From IMG/VR virus record IMGVR_UViG_3300047564_002075: DNA of 64,000 bases; one strand, written 5' to 3'. The position numbers and the translations under genes were made by a program. Under the pieces are notes generated by a model. That model saw nothing but the letters and a program-made list of their open reading frames with translations, was not told where the DNA came from and did no database searches. Below, piece after piece: positions 27,637 to 38,700 of this stretch. Source of the stretch: an uncultured virus (IMG/VR IMGVR_UViG_3300047564_002075) (taxonomy: Duplodnaviria; Heunggongvirae; Uroviricota; Caudoviricetes). Position 1 is the first letter of the stretch, and every line of letters starts with the position of its first letter.

Positions 27637-28014
27637 TTATAAGTCAATATCAATCCAACTCAAAGTATCTTCATCCCAAAACGGACCAAGATAATTTTCT
27701 CTAGTTGTCTCTGGTTTTGGAATTGGTGGTTCCCATTTGCAAGTTTCCTCATTCAAACTCCAAGAAGGATATGGTTTCGGTGGAATAAATGCATCTAGTG
27801 TTTCATCATAAGTGAAACCAATACCTGCATAATTTTTTCTAAAATTAGAATTGTATGACGTTTGTTTCCATGTAGATGGTCCATGTATTAACAGTAGATG
27901 TTCAATACCAAGTTCCTCACTTTCAGTTCCATCTTCCGTTAAAATAACATCGTTATCAACAACAGAAACATGGACAACTTTATTATCTGAATCTAATTTA
28001 GCAAAATGAGCCAT
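27637..28014 (-). CDS. small partner of Gly-rich fibre proteins
   Basis: MAHFAKLD...WKQTSYN..FRKNYAGIG..YD...DAFIPPKPYPSW. Confidence 0.8.
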   Translation of the reverse strand: MAHFAKLDSDNKVVHVSVVDNDVILTEDGTESEELGIEHLLLIHGPSTWKQTSYNSNFRKNYAGIGFTYDETLDAFIPPKPYPSWSLNEETCKWEPPIPKPETTRENYLGPFWDEDTLSWIDIDL

Positions 28015-28043
28015 TTTATATTGATGGTGGAAATCTTATCAAG

Positions 28044-28060
28044 TATTTATCAACTAAATA
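28044..28060. promoter_or_regulatory. divergent T4-type late promoters
   Basis: Minus GATAAATA (28051-28044) and plus ACTAAATA (28053-28060). Confidence 0.65.
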
Positions 28061-28079
28061 CAGTTTTAATGGACAACAT

Positions 28080-28550
28080 ATGAATTCTGATATGATGCAA
28101 CATGCAATAAATGAGCTAAAATTGACGAACATCTACGGATCCAATTTTGGCAAATCAGTTTTGAATTTATTAGAAGAAACTCAAGAGATAACAAACTTAG
28201 ATACGGCAAGCTTAAAAGAAGTTGTAGAAATCATAGATAGACTACTTACAAAACTTCCAATTACTCCTATCACAGAAAGTGATTTTGAAAAAGAAGAATA
28301 TGTGGAACGTGGTAGAAAAGTTGAAATAATGAGATGCGTAAGATATCCAAGTGTCTACATGACGGAAGATGGAAAATATTGGGATGATCGGGCAGTAGCT
28401 TACAGGTTGCCAGATTTCAAGGAATATGATACAATATACACGTATCAAACAAAATATAACTCCAAGCGAGAGATAACTTTGCCATATACACCAAAGTTAA
28501 TTATTGAAACTATTGAGAATGAGAATCCTTTCCTTCAACATAACACATGA
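28080..28550 (+). CDS. hypothetical protein
   Basis: 156-aa ORF, first gene of the plus-strand cassette. Confidence 0.75.
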   Translation: MNSDMMQHAINELKLTNIYGSNFGKSVLNLLEETQEITNLDTASLKEVVEIIDRLLTKLPITPITESDFEKEEYVERGRKVEIMRCVRYPSVYMTEDGKYWDDRAVAYRLPDFKEYDTIYTYQTKYNSKREITLPYTPKLIIETIENENPFLQHNT

Positions 28551-30180
28551 TAGTTCTGTCTGTGCAATTAATGATGGATTCATAGAATTTTTCTGTAAGG
28601 AAGAAAGACTCTCTGGACAGAAGAGAGATATACACCCATTTATTTCTTTAAATTTATACAAGTCTTTGAATTTTGGTAAAGTAGATCATATCTTGTATTG
28701 TACTCCAACAAATACAGTTTCTACGTTGGAGTTTACATTTAATAATTTTGTCAGAAAACTTTTCAATGTATCTGCTGAAAATTTTTCTAATTTAAAACAT
28801 CATGATTCTCATGCAAGTATAGCTTTTTATAACAGTGGATTTGAAGAATCCCTTGTATTCGTTATAGACAGAAATGGGTCTGTGGTTTTCTTAAACGAAA
28901 CTCCTGTAGCAAGAGAATCAGAAAGTGTATATAAATTTTCTTATCCCGACAATATTGTTCCAGTATATAAAAATTTTTGGTCTTATGATGGATATGAGAA
29001 TAAAAGGTATTTGATTAAAAAACAACTTCAGGATTTATATCCACAGTCAAGTATAGAAGTAACTAATTCATTTGGTGTAGTTAAAGTCTATGAGGCAGCC
29101 ACAACTCTCATAGGTGAACATCCACTAGAAAATGGAAAGACTATGGGATTATCCTCATATGGTGATCAAAAAGACTATCCAAAATTATTTGATGACTCTG
29201 GAAAATCTGTAAGTAATATGTTTTGTCATGTAGATACAAATCACATGTCAAATGTATCTTGTTTTAATGGTTGTGAAGAGTTGATAACCAATAAAATAAC
29301 GGAAAATAACTATAAACCATATGCAAACAAGGCTAAACACGTTCAAATTGAAACTCAGTCAGAAACTCTAAAATTAATAAGAGAGTATGTAAATTTGACT
29401 GGAATCAAAAATGTGTGTATAGTTGGTGGATATGGACTAAATGTAGTTGCAAATAATTTCTATGTAAAAAATCTTCCTGATATTAATTTTTACTTTGAAC
29501 CACTCGCTGACGATACAGGAATAAGCATTGGTTCTGCAATGTTAAAATATAGATCACTTACTAAAGATAAATCCATTATTGTTCCAAAAAATAACTTTTA
29601 TCACTATTACGATGAGTCTTCCGAAACCATAATTGATGGAAACCAAACTGATTTGGACTATCTCAGTGATATTTTGATAAATCAAAAGAGTTTGGCAATT
29701 TTTGATGGATCTCCAGAATCTGGACCAAGAGCTTTGGGTCATCGGTCAATACTATTTGATCCTCGCAATAAAGATGCAAAAAATATTATAAACAAAATAA
29801 AAAGGAGAGAGTGGTATAGACCATTTGCTGGTGTAATTCTTGAGGAAGAGTTTGAAAATTACTTTGAAACTCTTGGAATCAAATCTTCTCCATACATGAC
29901 AATTAGTTTTGAATGTAAACCAGAGACAAAACTATTAGCTCCTGGTATTGTACATGTAGATGACACTTGTAGAATTCAAACTATATCTGATGGATTTTTA
30001 TATGACTTGTTAAAAAATTTCTATGATAAAACTGGTTGTCCTATGTTATTGAACACTAGTTTTAATCTTGCTGGCAAACCTCTAGTGCATACTGTTGAAG
30101 ATGCAATAGATACTTATGCAAATAGTAATCTAGATTGTTTGTACTTTGTGAAACAAAACAAATTAATGGAGAAAGTTTAA
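28519..30180 (+). CDS. NodU/CmcH-family O-carbamoyltransferase
   Basis: HDSS, EERLS, HHxxHA, GKTMGLSSYG, GGxxLNVVAN, ESGPRALGHRS, KRREWYRPFA and LLNTSFN motifs. Confidence 0.92.
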   Translation: MRILSFNITHDSSVCAINDGFIEFFCKEERLSGQKRDIHPFISLNLYKSLNFGKVDHILYCTPTNTVSTLEFTFNNFVRKLFNVSAENFSNLKHHDSHASIAFYNSGFEESLVFVIDRNGSVVFLNETPVARESESVYKFSYPDNIVPVYKNFWSYDGYENKRYLIKKQLQDLYPQSSIEVTNSFGVVKVYEAATTLIGEHPLENGKTMGLSSYGDQKDYPKLFDDSGKSVSNMFCHVDTNHMSNVSCFNGCEELITNKITENNYKPYANKAKHVQIETQSETLKLIREYVNLTGIKNVCIVGGYGLNVVANNFYVKNLPDINFYFEPLADDTGISIGSAMLKYRSLTKDKSIIVPKNNFYHYYDESSETIIDGNQTDLDYLSDILINQKSLAIFDGSPESGPRALGHRSILFDPRNKDAKNIINKIKRREWYRPFAGVILEEEFENYFETLGIKSSPYMTISFECKPETKLLAPGIVHVDDTCRIQTISDGFLYDLLKNFYDKTGCPMLLNTSFNLAGKPLVHTVEDAIDTYANSNLDCLYFVKQNKLMEKV

Positions 30181-31353
30181 ATGACTAAGAGAATAGCAAT
30201 CCTCGGTAAAGGCACTGCAGGAGCTCAATCGGTAATACATTTTTTAAGACATATGCCGGATTGCGAAATTCAATGGCACTTTGATTCGGATACACCTACA
30301 CAAGCAGTAGGAGAAGGTTCTGTTCTGACTCTCTCCAGAAATATGTTTACAAATTTATCTTTTAATTACTCAGATCTGGATAAAATTGATGGTACTATTA
30401 AAACTGGTATCTATAAGTCTGGGTGGGGTAAAACTGGAAAGTCTTTCCTGCACTCTTTTCCGCCACCAAATGTTGCATTACATTTTAATGCTATTTCATT
30501 GCAAAATTATATTTTTGAGTGCGTTAAAGATAAAGTTTCTTTGTTTGATCATAATGTAAAATCTACACAAATTGATGCGGATTTTGTAATGAATTGTTCT
30601 GGTAAACCAGAAAGTTTTGATGATTTTTATATGAGCTCATACATTCCAGTAAATTCTGTTCATGTCAATCAGTGTTATTGGGAGTATCCTAGATTCTTGC
30701 ATACACTGACTATTGCTAGACCATATGGATGGGTTTTTGGAATTCCATTGCAGAATAGGTGTTCAATCGGATATCTTTACAACAGTGAAATTAACACCAT
30801 TGATGAAATAAAAGAAGACATACAAAATATCTTTTTGGAATACAATTTAATTCCAAGTCAAGATACAAATTCGTTTAGTTTTAAAAATTACTATAGAAAA
30901 CAAAATTACGTAGATAATATTGCATACAATGGAAATGCTTCTTTCTTTCTTGAACCTTTAGAAGCTACTTCTGTTGGTATGATGGACCATATTCAAAGAA
31001 ATTCTTGGGACATGTTAAATGGTAATAAAAGTCACGAAGAATCAAATAATGATTACCTGAAAGAAATAATTCAGATTGAATCTGTAATCATGTTACATTA
31101 TTTTTCTGGGTCAATATACGATACTGAGTTTTGGAAATTTGCTAAACAAAAAGCAAATCAGTGCGTCAAAAAATTATCAAAGGATCATAATTTTTTGACG
31201 ATCTATGCAAATGCAAAATCTACTAATAACTATGGAGAATGTAAACAGACCGATAACTATGGTCTTTGGTGGGCAGGATCCTTACTTCAAAACATAAAAG
31301 GTCTTGAAATTGAATCTGAGATGGACGAATTAATTTTTGGAAGTTATTTTTAA
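30181..31353 (+). CDS. flavin-dependent tryptophan halogenase-like protein (PrnA family)
   Basis: GKGTAG, VGEGS, K in GTIKTGI, GWVFGIPL and FLEPLEATS. Confidence 0.85.
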   Translation: MTKRIAILGKGTAGAQSVIHFLRHMPDCEIQWHFDSDTPTQAVGEGSVLTLSRNMFTNLSFNYSDLDKIDGTIKTGIYKSGWGKTGKSFLHSFPPPNVALHFNAISLQNYIFECVKDKVSLFDHNVKSTQIDADFVMNCSGKPESFDDFYMSSYIPVNSVHVNQCYWEYPRFLHTLTIARPYGWVFGIPLQNRCSIGYLYNSEINTIDEIKEDIQNIFLEYNLIPSQDTNSFSFKNYYRKQNYVDNIAYNGNASFFLEPLEATSVGMMDHIQRNSWDMLNGNKSHEESNNDYLKEIIQIESVIMLHYFSGSIYDTEFWKFAKQKANQCVKKLSKDHNFLTIYANAKSTNNYGECKQTDNYGLWWAGSLLQNIKGLEIESEMDELIFGSYF

Positions 31354-32202
31354 TTACGCAAGATATCTGATTATAACAATCCCAGATCCTCCAGCGCCGC
31401 ACAGGCCTGACCATCCACCGCCGCCACCGCCACCTGTGTTTGCAACACCATCTTTATTTGTTCCATCTGCACCAATTTTTCCTCTTCCGCCGCCTCCTAG
31501 TCCACCAGACCCAGGAGTGATATCACTTCCTCCTCCCCCTCCACCAGCATAATACACAGAAGTTCCTGAAATAGAGGACTGAAGACCATTTCCACCATTT
31601 CCAGATACATTACCAGAAGCATCTCCTCCAACCTGACCAGCACCCCCGCCGCCACCAGCTTTCCAATCTGCAGCTGATGGAAATCCACCGCGATTACCTT
31701 GACCAGAAACTCCAGTTCCAGGTGATCCTATTAAAGTACCTTGAGGATTTCTTGATGCTCCTCCACCACTTCCACCATTGCCCCCATTGCCGCCTAGAGA
31801 GAAACCAGATCCCCCACATCCTCCGCCAAATGCTGTCAAACCAAATGCAGTACTATTTGAACCATTTTGATAAACAGTTCCATTATCTCCATCTGGACCT
31901 TCTGGACCACCGGCTCCAATAACAACAGAATAATTTGTAGATGAAACAGTAAAAGAACCTGTTAACATACCACCAGCGCCAGCACCGCCAGTATCAGCGC
32001 CGGAGCCGCCACCAGCAACAATTAAGTATTCAACTTGTTGTCCACCGCCAGATGTAACTGTAAAAGTTCCATCGCCAGTGAATGTGTGAATTTTATACAA
32101 TCCAACTGTTGTGATAGTTCCACCAGTGGCAATTATTTTACCAATACCACCCCTACGACCAAAAGAAGAACCGCTGGAAAATGTAGCAATAATAGGACTC
32201 AT
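31354..32202 (-). CDS. glycine-rich fibre/adhesin protein
   Basis: ATGGTI...IHTFTGDGTF...EYLIVAGGG...ANTGGGGGG...GGSGIVIIRY. Confidence 0.85.
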   Translation of the reverse strand: MSPIIATFSSGSSFGRRGGIGKIIATGGTITTVGLYKIHTFTGDGTFTVTSGGGQQVEYLIVAGGGSGADTGGAGAGGMLTGSFTVSSTNYSVVIGAGGPEGPDGDNGTVYQNGSNSTAFGLTAFGGGCGGSGFSLGGNGGNGGSGGGASRNPQGTLIGSPGTGVSGQGNRGGFPSAADWKAGGGGGAGQVGGDASGNVSGNGGNGLQSSISGTSVYYAGGGGGGSDITPGSGGLGGGGRGKIGADGTNKDGVANTGGGGGGGWSGLCGAGGSGIVIIRYLA

Positions 32203-32221
32203 ATTATTTCTCCTTCAATTA

Positions 32222-33130
32222 TTATACAAATGAGGTTTTAGAACCGATTACTGTCCATGATGGAGTAGCGGTAGAACTAGTATTAATTAGAGTAAAGTTC
32301 CAAGCTTCTACTCTATTTGCAGTGCCAGTTGGTTGAGTGCCATCTGCCCATTTGATTGTTACTGATGTACTATTAACTGTAAGTGTTGTTCCAATTTTAT
32401 ATGGAGTTCCCCCTTGATTAAAAACAATTACCGCTGAGTGTGTTTTTGACGCGGTTGTAGGAACGTTTGAAATTGTTGGAGTAATGTCTCCGGCAACAGA
32501 AGGATGCCAAAAAATTGCCGCAGTTGAATAGTTGTATGTTTGAGCACCAGTTTGAGACGCTGCCCTTACCTCTAGAGATTCTGTTACTGATTTAATGGAA
32601 GATAATCCATCTACTGTCAATGCAGTTAGAGTTCCAAGAGAAGTTAATGATGAATTAACTACAGTTGATCCAAGTGTAGTTGAAGATAATACTGAAGTTC
32701 CATTAATCTCATATATTTTTCCAGAAGCAACATTAAAATCTTCCGTACAATCAAATCTAGTTCCGCCGTGATTATATTGAATAGAAATTCCTGTGGTTCC
32801 TAAAGTGAACCCTCCAGTATTTACTCCAGACGATGTTGTTTGTCCATCTGCAAGAACAATCAAAGGATCATCAACAGTATATGTTGATGAATTAATAGTT
32901 GTAGTTGCTCCCTGAACTGTTAAATTACCTTTAATTTCAACAGTTCCAGTATCATCTCCAACTACTGCTGGGTCAATAACTAGTGTAGATGGTCCTTTGA
33001 TTTGACCAGTCAATGTAATATCAGCAACTGAAGAAATAGAACTACCAGTCAGATCTAAGTTATCTCCAGTAGGTAACTCTGCCAACTGCAAAGTTGTTGT
33101 ATCTAATACTAGTGGGGTTTTATTTGCCAT
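32222..33130 (-). CDS. fibre-like structural protein
   Basis: IDPAVVGDDTGTVEIKGNLTVQG module shared with 25967-27010. Confidence 0.75.
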   Translation of the reverse strand: MANKTPLVLDTTTLQLAELPTGDNLDLTGSSISSVADITLTGQIKGPSTLVIDPAVVGDDTGTVEIKGNLTVQGATTTINSSTYTVDDPLIVLADGQTTSSGVNTGGFTLGTTGISIQYNHGGTRFDCTEDFNVASGKIYEINGTSVLSSTTLGSTVVNSSLTSLGTLTALTVDGLSSIKSVTESLEVRAASQTGAQTYNYSTAAIFWHPSVAGDITPTISNVPTTASKTHSAVIVFNQGGTPYKIGTTLTVNSTSVTIKWADGTQPTGTANRVEAWNFTLINTSSTATPSWTVIGSKTSFV

Positions 33131-33147
33131 GACAGTTTTCTAATTAT

Positions 33148-33624
33148 TTATGAAAATGTTGATGTAGTCTGGAGAGGAACGTCTAATCCATTTCTATTTA
33201 CAACTGTATCTAAATCAACATAATTATAAGTTGCAGATCTACCAACTATAGATACATCTTTTGCATTTATTCTATATGCAAAAGGAGTAGTGATTGTTTT
33301 TACAATAATTTTTTGAGATACAGTCTCTTCATAAGTAACTGGAATACCATATAGATGTCTAGCTTCAAAAGATAATCCAGAAGCTGGGGCAGTAGTAAAT
33401 GTAATTTGATTTGAATTAATTGTGTAATCTTGATTGGGTTTTTGAACAATACCACCAAGTACAACTAATAAAGACTTTGATGTTCCATGACTATAAGGAA
33501 CACTTCCTACGGTCAAATTAAAAATTGTTGTTGATCCATTAAACTGACTACTAATATCATCAAATGATGATATCTGAGTGACTGGTTGTACAAATGGATA
33601 TGGTATAGTACCTACGTATGGCAT
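33148..33624 (-). CDS. virion structural protein
   Basis: DDISSQFNG...LGGIVQKP..DY module. Confidence 0.75.
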   Translation of the reverse strand: MPYVGTIPYPFVQPVTQISSFDDISSQFNGSTTIFNLTVGSVPYSHGTSKSLLVVLGGIVQKPNQDYTINSNQITFTTAPASGLSFEARHLYGIPVTYEETVSQKIIVKTITTPFAYRINAKDVSIVGRSATYNYVDLDTVVNRNGLDVPLQTTSTFS

Positions 33625-33635
33625 TTTTAATTACC

Positions 33636-33968
33636 TTAAGTTTGCTCTAGAACACTCATGATTACATCCACACTTGATGCAACATCAGATGTTATCTGAA
33701 TTTTGTCTCCAGCAACCAAAATAATCTTGTTGCCTGCGTTAAATTCAAATGCAGATCCATTTGGAATGGGAATATTTCGCACAAGATAAACATCATCGGA
33801 AGAAACATCCGCTTTATTAATTAACATGCTGACGTTAATCTGATCACCAGTACGATTTGACAAGTTACAACCAATTACAACTGAGGTCGTACCTGCAGGA
33901 ACAGTATATACATCAGTGAGTGATGTACCAATGGATGCTTTTGTATAACTCTTGAATGTATTTGCCAT
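33636..33968 (-). CDS. virion structural protein
   Basis: MANTFKS...YTVPAGTT...GNKIIL...SVLEQT. Confidence 0.8.
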   Translation of the reverse strand: MANTFKSYTKASIGTSLTDVYTVPAGTTSVVIGCNLSNRTGDQINVSMLINKADVSSDDVYLVRNIPIPNGSAFEFNAGNKIILVAGDKIQITSDVASSVDVIMSVLEQT

Positions 33969-33972
33969 AGTT

Positions 33973-35451
33973 TTATCCGAGTGCGATTGCCATTACCAAG
34001 GCATCTTGGGTTGCTCTTTCTGATGTATAGTACAGGTTTGTTCCTTCAACAATTTGTGTAGTAGAAATTGGATTTCCTTGATATCTCAGAGTTCCAGTGT
34101 AATTAAGATCACCTTGAACTTGAAGTTTATAGGAACTAGTGGTAGTACCAATTCCAACATTTCCAGTGACTGTTAAAGCACTATTAGTGTTGTTAGTAAT
34201 ATTTAGTGTACCAGTGATTGTATGGCTTGCACTGATAGTTCTATTCTCACTGATATGTACATACTGTAGATGGTCATCATCACCAAGTCCAGTTAATAAT
34301 CCGTGATCAGATACTGGTGTAGTACCAGAGATTCCACCACTGGATACTAACTGACGAATATCATAAACTCCCGCAATCCTTGCATTTGGAGTGTTTGCAT
34401 AACCAGAATCTGTTTGCCAAATAATTTTGTATAGTGGTCTAAATTCTACGACTGGAAATGCAGTTAGAGTTAAATCTCCAAAGGTTAGTGCCTCTTCATC
34501 GGAGAGTTTATTTGATTGACTTTGCCCCATGATTGCAATCACGGGGTAATTGATATTATTAGTTGCGATTATCCATGATGTTGTATAATGCGTATCCGAT
34601 GGAACATCCAAAGTTGTCCAGGATGCACCATTAAAGAAATTATACTGAATTCTTGCAGTTCCCTGTTTTAGTGCATAATCAGTTACTGCATCACGAACCC
34701 ATCCATTACCACTCTGATAAAATACAGGAATCTGTGATGGCCCTTGTAAGTCCTGTTGCCATGTATCAGAAGTTGGTGTATTACTATGAGTAATGATAAC
34801 TTCCAGATCCTCATCAAAGAATGTACCACCACCTAGATCAAACTGAGCATCTGAGTTATTTGCACCAGTTCCAGTAGCGGTATAATTACTGATTGAGAAT
34901 CCGTTTGCAATGACTGCACCACGGGTTCTATGTAGATATTCATGTGTCTGCCAGTCTAGAACAATACCGTGTCTTTCGTCTGCGACGAATGGTGCAGTCC
35001 CAGTAGTGGCATTCCAATAAACATATGCAGTTGGTGCATCATTTTCCCAGTCAAAAAATGAAAGTCTATACTGAAGAACTCCATCACCATCAAAATAGAT
35101 GTAATAAATTCCAGTAGTATTTGGAAGATCTACGGTCTGTGCAGTTGTAAAATTATACTTAACTCCTTTACACCATACATTAAATGATGTAGATACTGGT
35201 TGAATAGTAAACCTTCTGTTTACTGTATTAAAAGATATAACACTTTGCGATTTGTTTTCATGCCCCATAGGCTCACTAGCCTGGAGAGGAGCAGTTACGT
35301 CAATAATTTTATCCGTACCACTTCCATCACCTCTTCTAAGGAACAGTTTACCATCAGCAGTATTAACTGCAAGTTCTCTTAGTGATAGGTCTGAAAGTGT
35401 GGGTGTTTTTCCAGCTAACGAACTGGATTTTAATTTAATATTTGTCGCCAT
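33973..35451 (-). CDS. tail fibre protein
   Basis: N-terminal IKLKSS...ELAVNTADGKLF; DHGLLTGLGDDDHLQY; ends AIALG. Confidence 0.8.
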   Translation of the reverse strand: MATNIKLKSSSLAGKTPTLSDLSLRELAVNTADGKLFLRRGDGSGTDKIIDVTAPLQASEPMGHENKSQSVISFNTVNRRFTIQPVSTSFNVWCKGVKYNFTTAQTVDLPNTTGIYYIYFDGDGVLQYRLSFFDWENDAPTAYVYWNATTGTAPFVADERHGIVLDWQTHEYLHRTRGAVIANGFSISNYTATGTGANNSDAQFDLGGGTFFDEDLEVIITHSNTPTSDTWQQDLQGPSQIPVFYQSGNGWVRDAVTDYALKQGTARIQYNFFNGASWTTLDVPSDTHYTTSWIIATNNINYPVIAIMGQSQSNKLSDEEALTFGDLTLTAFPVVEFRPLYKIIWQTDSGYANTPNARIAGVYDIRQLVSSGGISGTTPVSDHGLLTGLGDDDHLQYVHISENRTISASHTITGTLNITNNTNSALTVTGNVGIGTTTSSYKLQVQGDLNYTGTLRYQGNPISTTQIVEGTNLYYTSERATQDALVMAIALG

Positions 35452-35477
35452 ATGGCATTCTATCTCGGTATATACCT

Positions 35478-35516
35478 AAAGAAAAAGGAGGGATAAATAT
35501 CCCTCCTCTATTTATG
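35478..35516 (-). terminator. intrinsic terminator abutting a late promoter
   Basis: Stem AGGAGGGAT/ATCCCTCCT plus U-tract; CATAAATA at 35516-35509. Confidence 0.7.
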
Positions 35517-35527
35517 TTTGATTTAAA

Positions 35528-35743
35528 TCAAACTTCTCCTCTCTCTTCTTTAATTTTTTCAACTTCTTCAAGAATTTCTTCTTTGGAAGGTTTTACTAAA
35601 GTTTCATTTTCTGCATAAACAATTTGTTCATACCACGTTGGATCCGTTTCTGGAATAGAATTTGGAAAACTACCTTGTGGGAGCACTCCATGAATCCTAG
35701 TTAAAGCGGTAGTTATGTATGGATATCCGTACTGTGTTGCCAT
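35528..35743 (-). CDS. small fibre-associated protein
   Basis: 71-aa ORF with AGGAG SD. Confidence 0.7.
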   Translation of the reverse strand: MATQYGYPYITTALTRIHGVLPQGSFPNSIPETDPTWYEQIVYAENETLVKPSKEEILEEVEKIKEERGEV

Positions 35744-35756
35744 GATTTTCTCCTAA

Positions 35757-38700
35757 TTAAACGTCAGCACTTACAATCATACCATGAGCGGCATGTTCAT
35801 TGATCAATGATAGTCCACTTTGTTTGTAGACATAGTATATTCTGTGTAGACCCGCACCCAAACTTCTTGACCAGCTTGTATTTACTGTTTGGTTATCTGC
35901 TTGAGTTTCACCATAGAAAGCATCAACTGGAACAAATACACCTGCACCTGCACTAATTTCCCCAGACAAACCAGAACCAGCAGCGTCAACTGTAGTTCCA
36001 ACATCAACAGAATCTAGTCCAATTGTGTGATAACAAATTGTGATTGCTGGGCTAGCACCACCGGCGCCTGGGTTGTTGTAAATATCACTGAATGAAGTGA
36101 TTGAAGAATCATCAGCAGTTAAAACTTCAATTCGTGCTTTTGCACCATAGGTTGGAGGATGTCCCCATGCATAGTATTGAGTTGTGTTCCATGAACTTGC
36201 AAACATGAATCTTTGTGAAGATCTATATGTATTATAGAAGTTTGCAATTCCAATAGTTGGAACATCCGCTTCTGCCAAGTTATTGGCAAGTCTTCCACCG
36301 AGTTTAACTGAGCAAGTACCAGCAGTTCCACCAGTCTTAACGAGACCGATGTATCTCTTAGAAGCATCAACTCCACCAACGTTACCCTTAGTGACAATAC
36401 CTTGTACTCTACCTCTAGAAGGTGGAGTGTGGAAGTCTGACCATGCAGCATACTCAACTCTTAGATCTGGAGTGGTAACACTACCAGCATTATAGAGATA
36501 AACATCATACACAGTGTTTGCTGTTAGTGCAGTACCACCAGCAAGACCAGTATTTGTTAAAAAGAATTGCTTACTGTTTTCAGGAACAGGAACAATAGTC
36601 CAAACATTATTCTGATAATCATATAGAGAAATTTCATTACCTCTAAATGGGTGTAAGTACCAGGAAGTTGCATCACTAACATCTACAGTTGGATATAAGA
36701 ATCCAGTTCCAACACCAGGAGCATTCAGTGACATTCTAATATTGGTTAGACCCTTGATACTAGATGCAGTCTTACTGGATAGTGCAAGTGGTGTAATTGC
36801 AATATCTTCAGCAGTACCGAGTGCAGCTTCTGCAGTTGTTGATAGTCTTACGATACCAGCAGCAGTTGTTGAAGCAAGTCCAAGATCAGATGTAACACCC
36901 GAAATTGCAAGTCTGGTTGAAACAGTCAGAGTTGAGATCGTTGCGTTATCCTGAACCGTCAAACTGGTTGTGGTGAAGGAATTTGCAAGACCCTGCAACT
37001 GACTTGTGAATGCAGACTGAAGTTGCGAAACGTTATTCGTGAGTGACTGGTTAACCTGTGCAATACTATTAGTGATAGAGTTGAAGGTGTTTGAATAGTC
37101 AATCAGACGAGTCTGTGAAGAAGTTCTAACTGCAGGAACGTTAAGAGTAATACTCTCAAAACCACCAGCGTCTTGAATGTTATTACCGATGTAGAATTCA
37201 CCAGAACTGTTAGTACCAGTTGAAGCATTCAAACCACCGTTGAGGTCAAGAGTCTGAGAGATAAACTGTTCTTGTCTTGAAAGTACAACTTGGTGGAACT
37301 GTGGTAGTGAGGTTGAGTAGTTACCCGAACCATAACCTAGATACTCCCATGTGTGTGCGGAAGCACGAATGATAGAAGGTCTATGTAGTTTGACGTTAAC
37401 ATCATTAACATCAATTCTTCTTGAAGAAGATCTAATATCCTTACCGTGAGTATTTGCAGTTGTATCGGACTGATATGGTGTAGCAGTATTTACTGCAGTT
37501 GTTGTTCCATTGTATTGGATACCGAACTGAGTAATAACTTTATTAATTGTCTCTCTTGTGAGAGAAGTGAACTGAAGATCTGTACCAGTTGGAACTGAGA
37601 TGTTAAGATTCTTCTTATATGTATTATTATTGGACTGAATATCTAGAATTTGAACCTTGGATACAGAAGCACTTGGGTTCCAATCTGGTTCGTCTTCGTC
37701 AATAACTGGATATAGGTAGTTAATATTCTGAGTAACACCATCAACAAGAGTGCTTACACCTTCATAGAGGTAAATTACACCTGGAGTTGTAGATGTTTCA
37801 GTTGTATTCTTAACAGTACCGAGCAAGCAAGTTAGGTAGTAAATACCATCCTGTTCACCGAAGATGTAGTCCTGTTCAGTATCAATACTTAGAATATAGA
37901 ATACGTCACTTGTATTTCCGCCAGATTGTGGTTGAAGAACAAATCTTCTTTCTGGTGGTTTACAGTTTAGACCTTGTGGTAGAGTATACTCAATTCTCCA
38001 AAGTAGTTCGGAGTTTGAGATAGAGGTTCTGGTATCAGCAACTCTCTCTACGCCAATATTAGTAGTACCAGCAGTGAAGTAGTACTGATAGGTTAGTTTA
38101 CTTGCAACTTCAATTCTAGTATGAAGAACACCGAGAATACCAGATGAGGTATTTGGAGTTGCTCTTCTTGTGAATGTATAAGCATCCGATGTGCTGGAAG
38201 CAAATGTCAATGCAGGACCACTGATGGTTCTAGCGAGTTTGAAGTTATTTCCAGATTTACCAACAATATAATATGGTAAATTTGGTTGAAGTTGACCTAG
38301 GTTATCCTGTGGAGTTGGATATGTTGCAGTTGTACTGATTAGAACTTCATCACCATTAGCAAAGTTGTTTGTTGCTGCGGTGAATGTTCCGTTAGTTGCA
38401 AGTGCAGACGCTGCAACAACGGTAGAACTACCAGCTGTTGGAGCAGTATTCAACTTGAGATATAGATAACCAAACTTTTTACCAGCATTTGGACCAGACT
38501 GGACGGTTCCCATGATGTCAAAACCATAACCGAGTCTTTCTCCGTTATTGGAGTCATCATAACTTGGGTCAGCAGTTGATGCCGAAGTTCTGACGGTATC
38601 GGTGTAAGTTGTACCAGAAAGATTAAAGAGAAGAGTCTCGTTTGGTCTCTTGGTTAGCAGATATGAATTTGTAGTACCAAATGCAAGATATCTATTGAAT

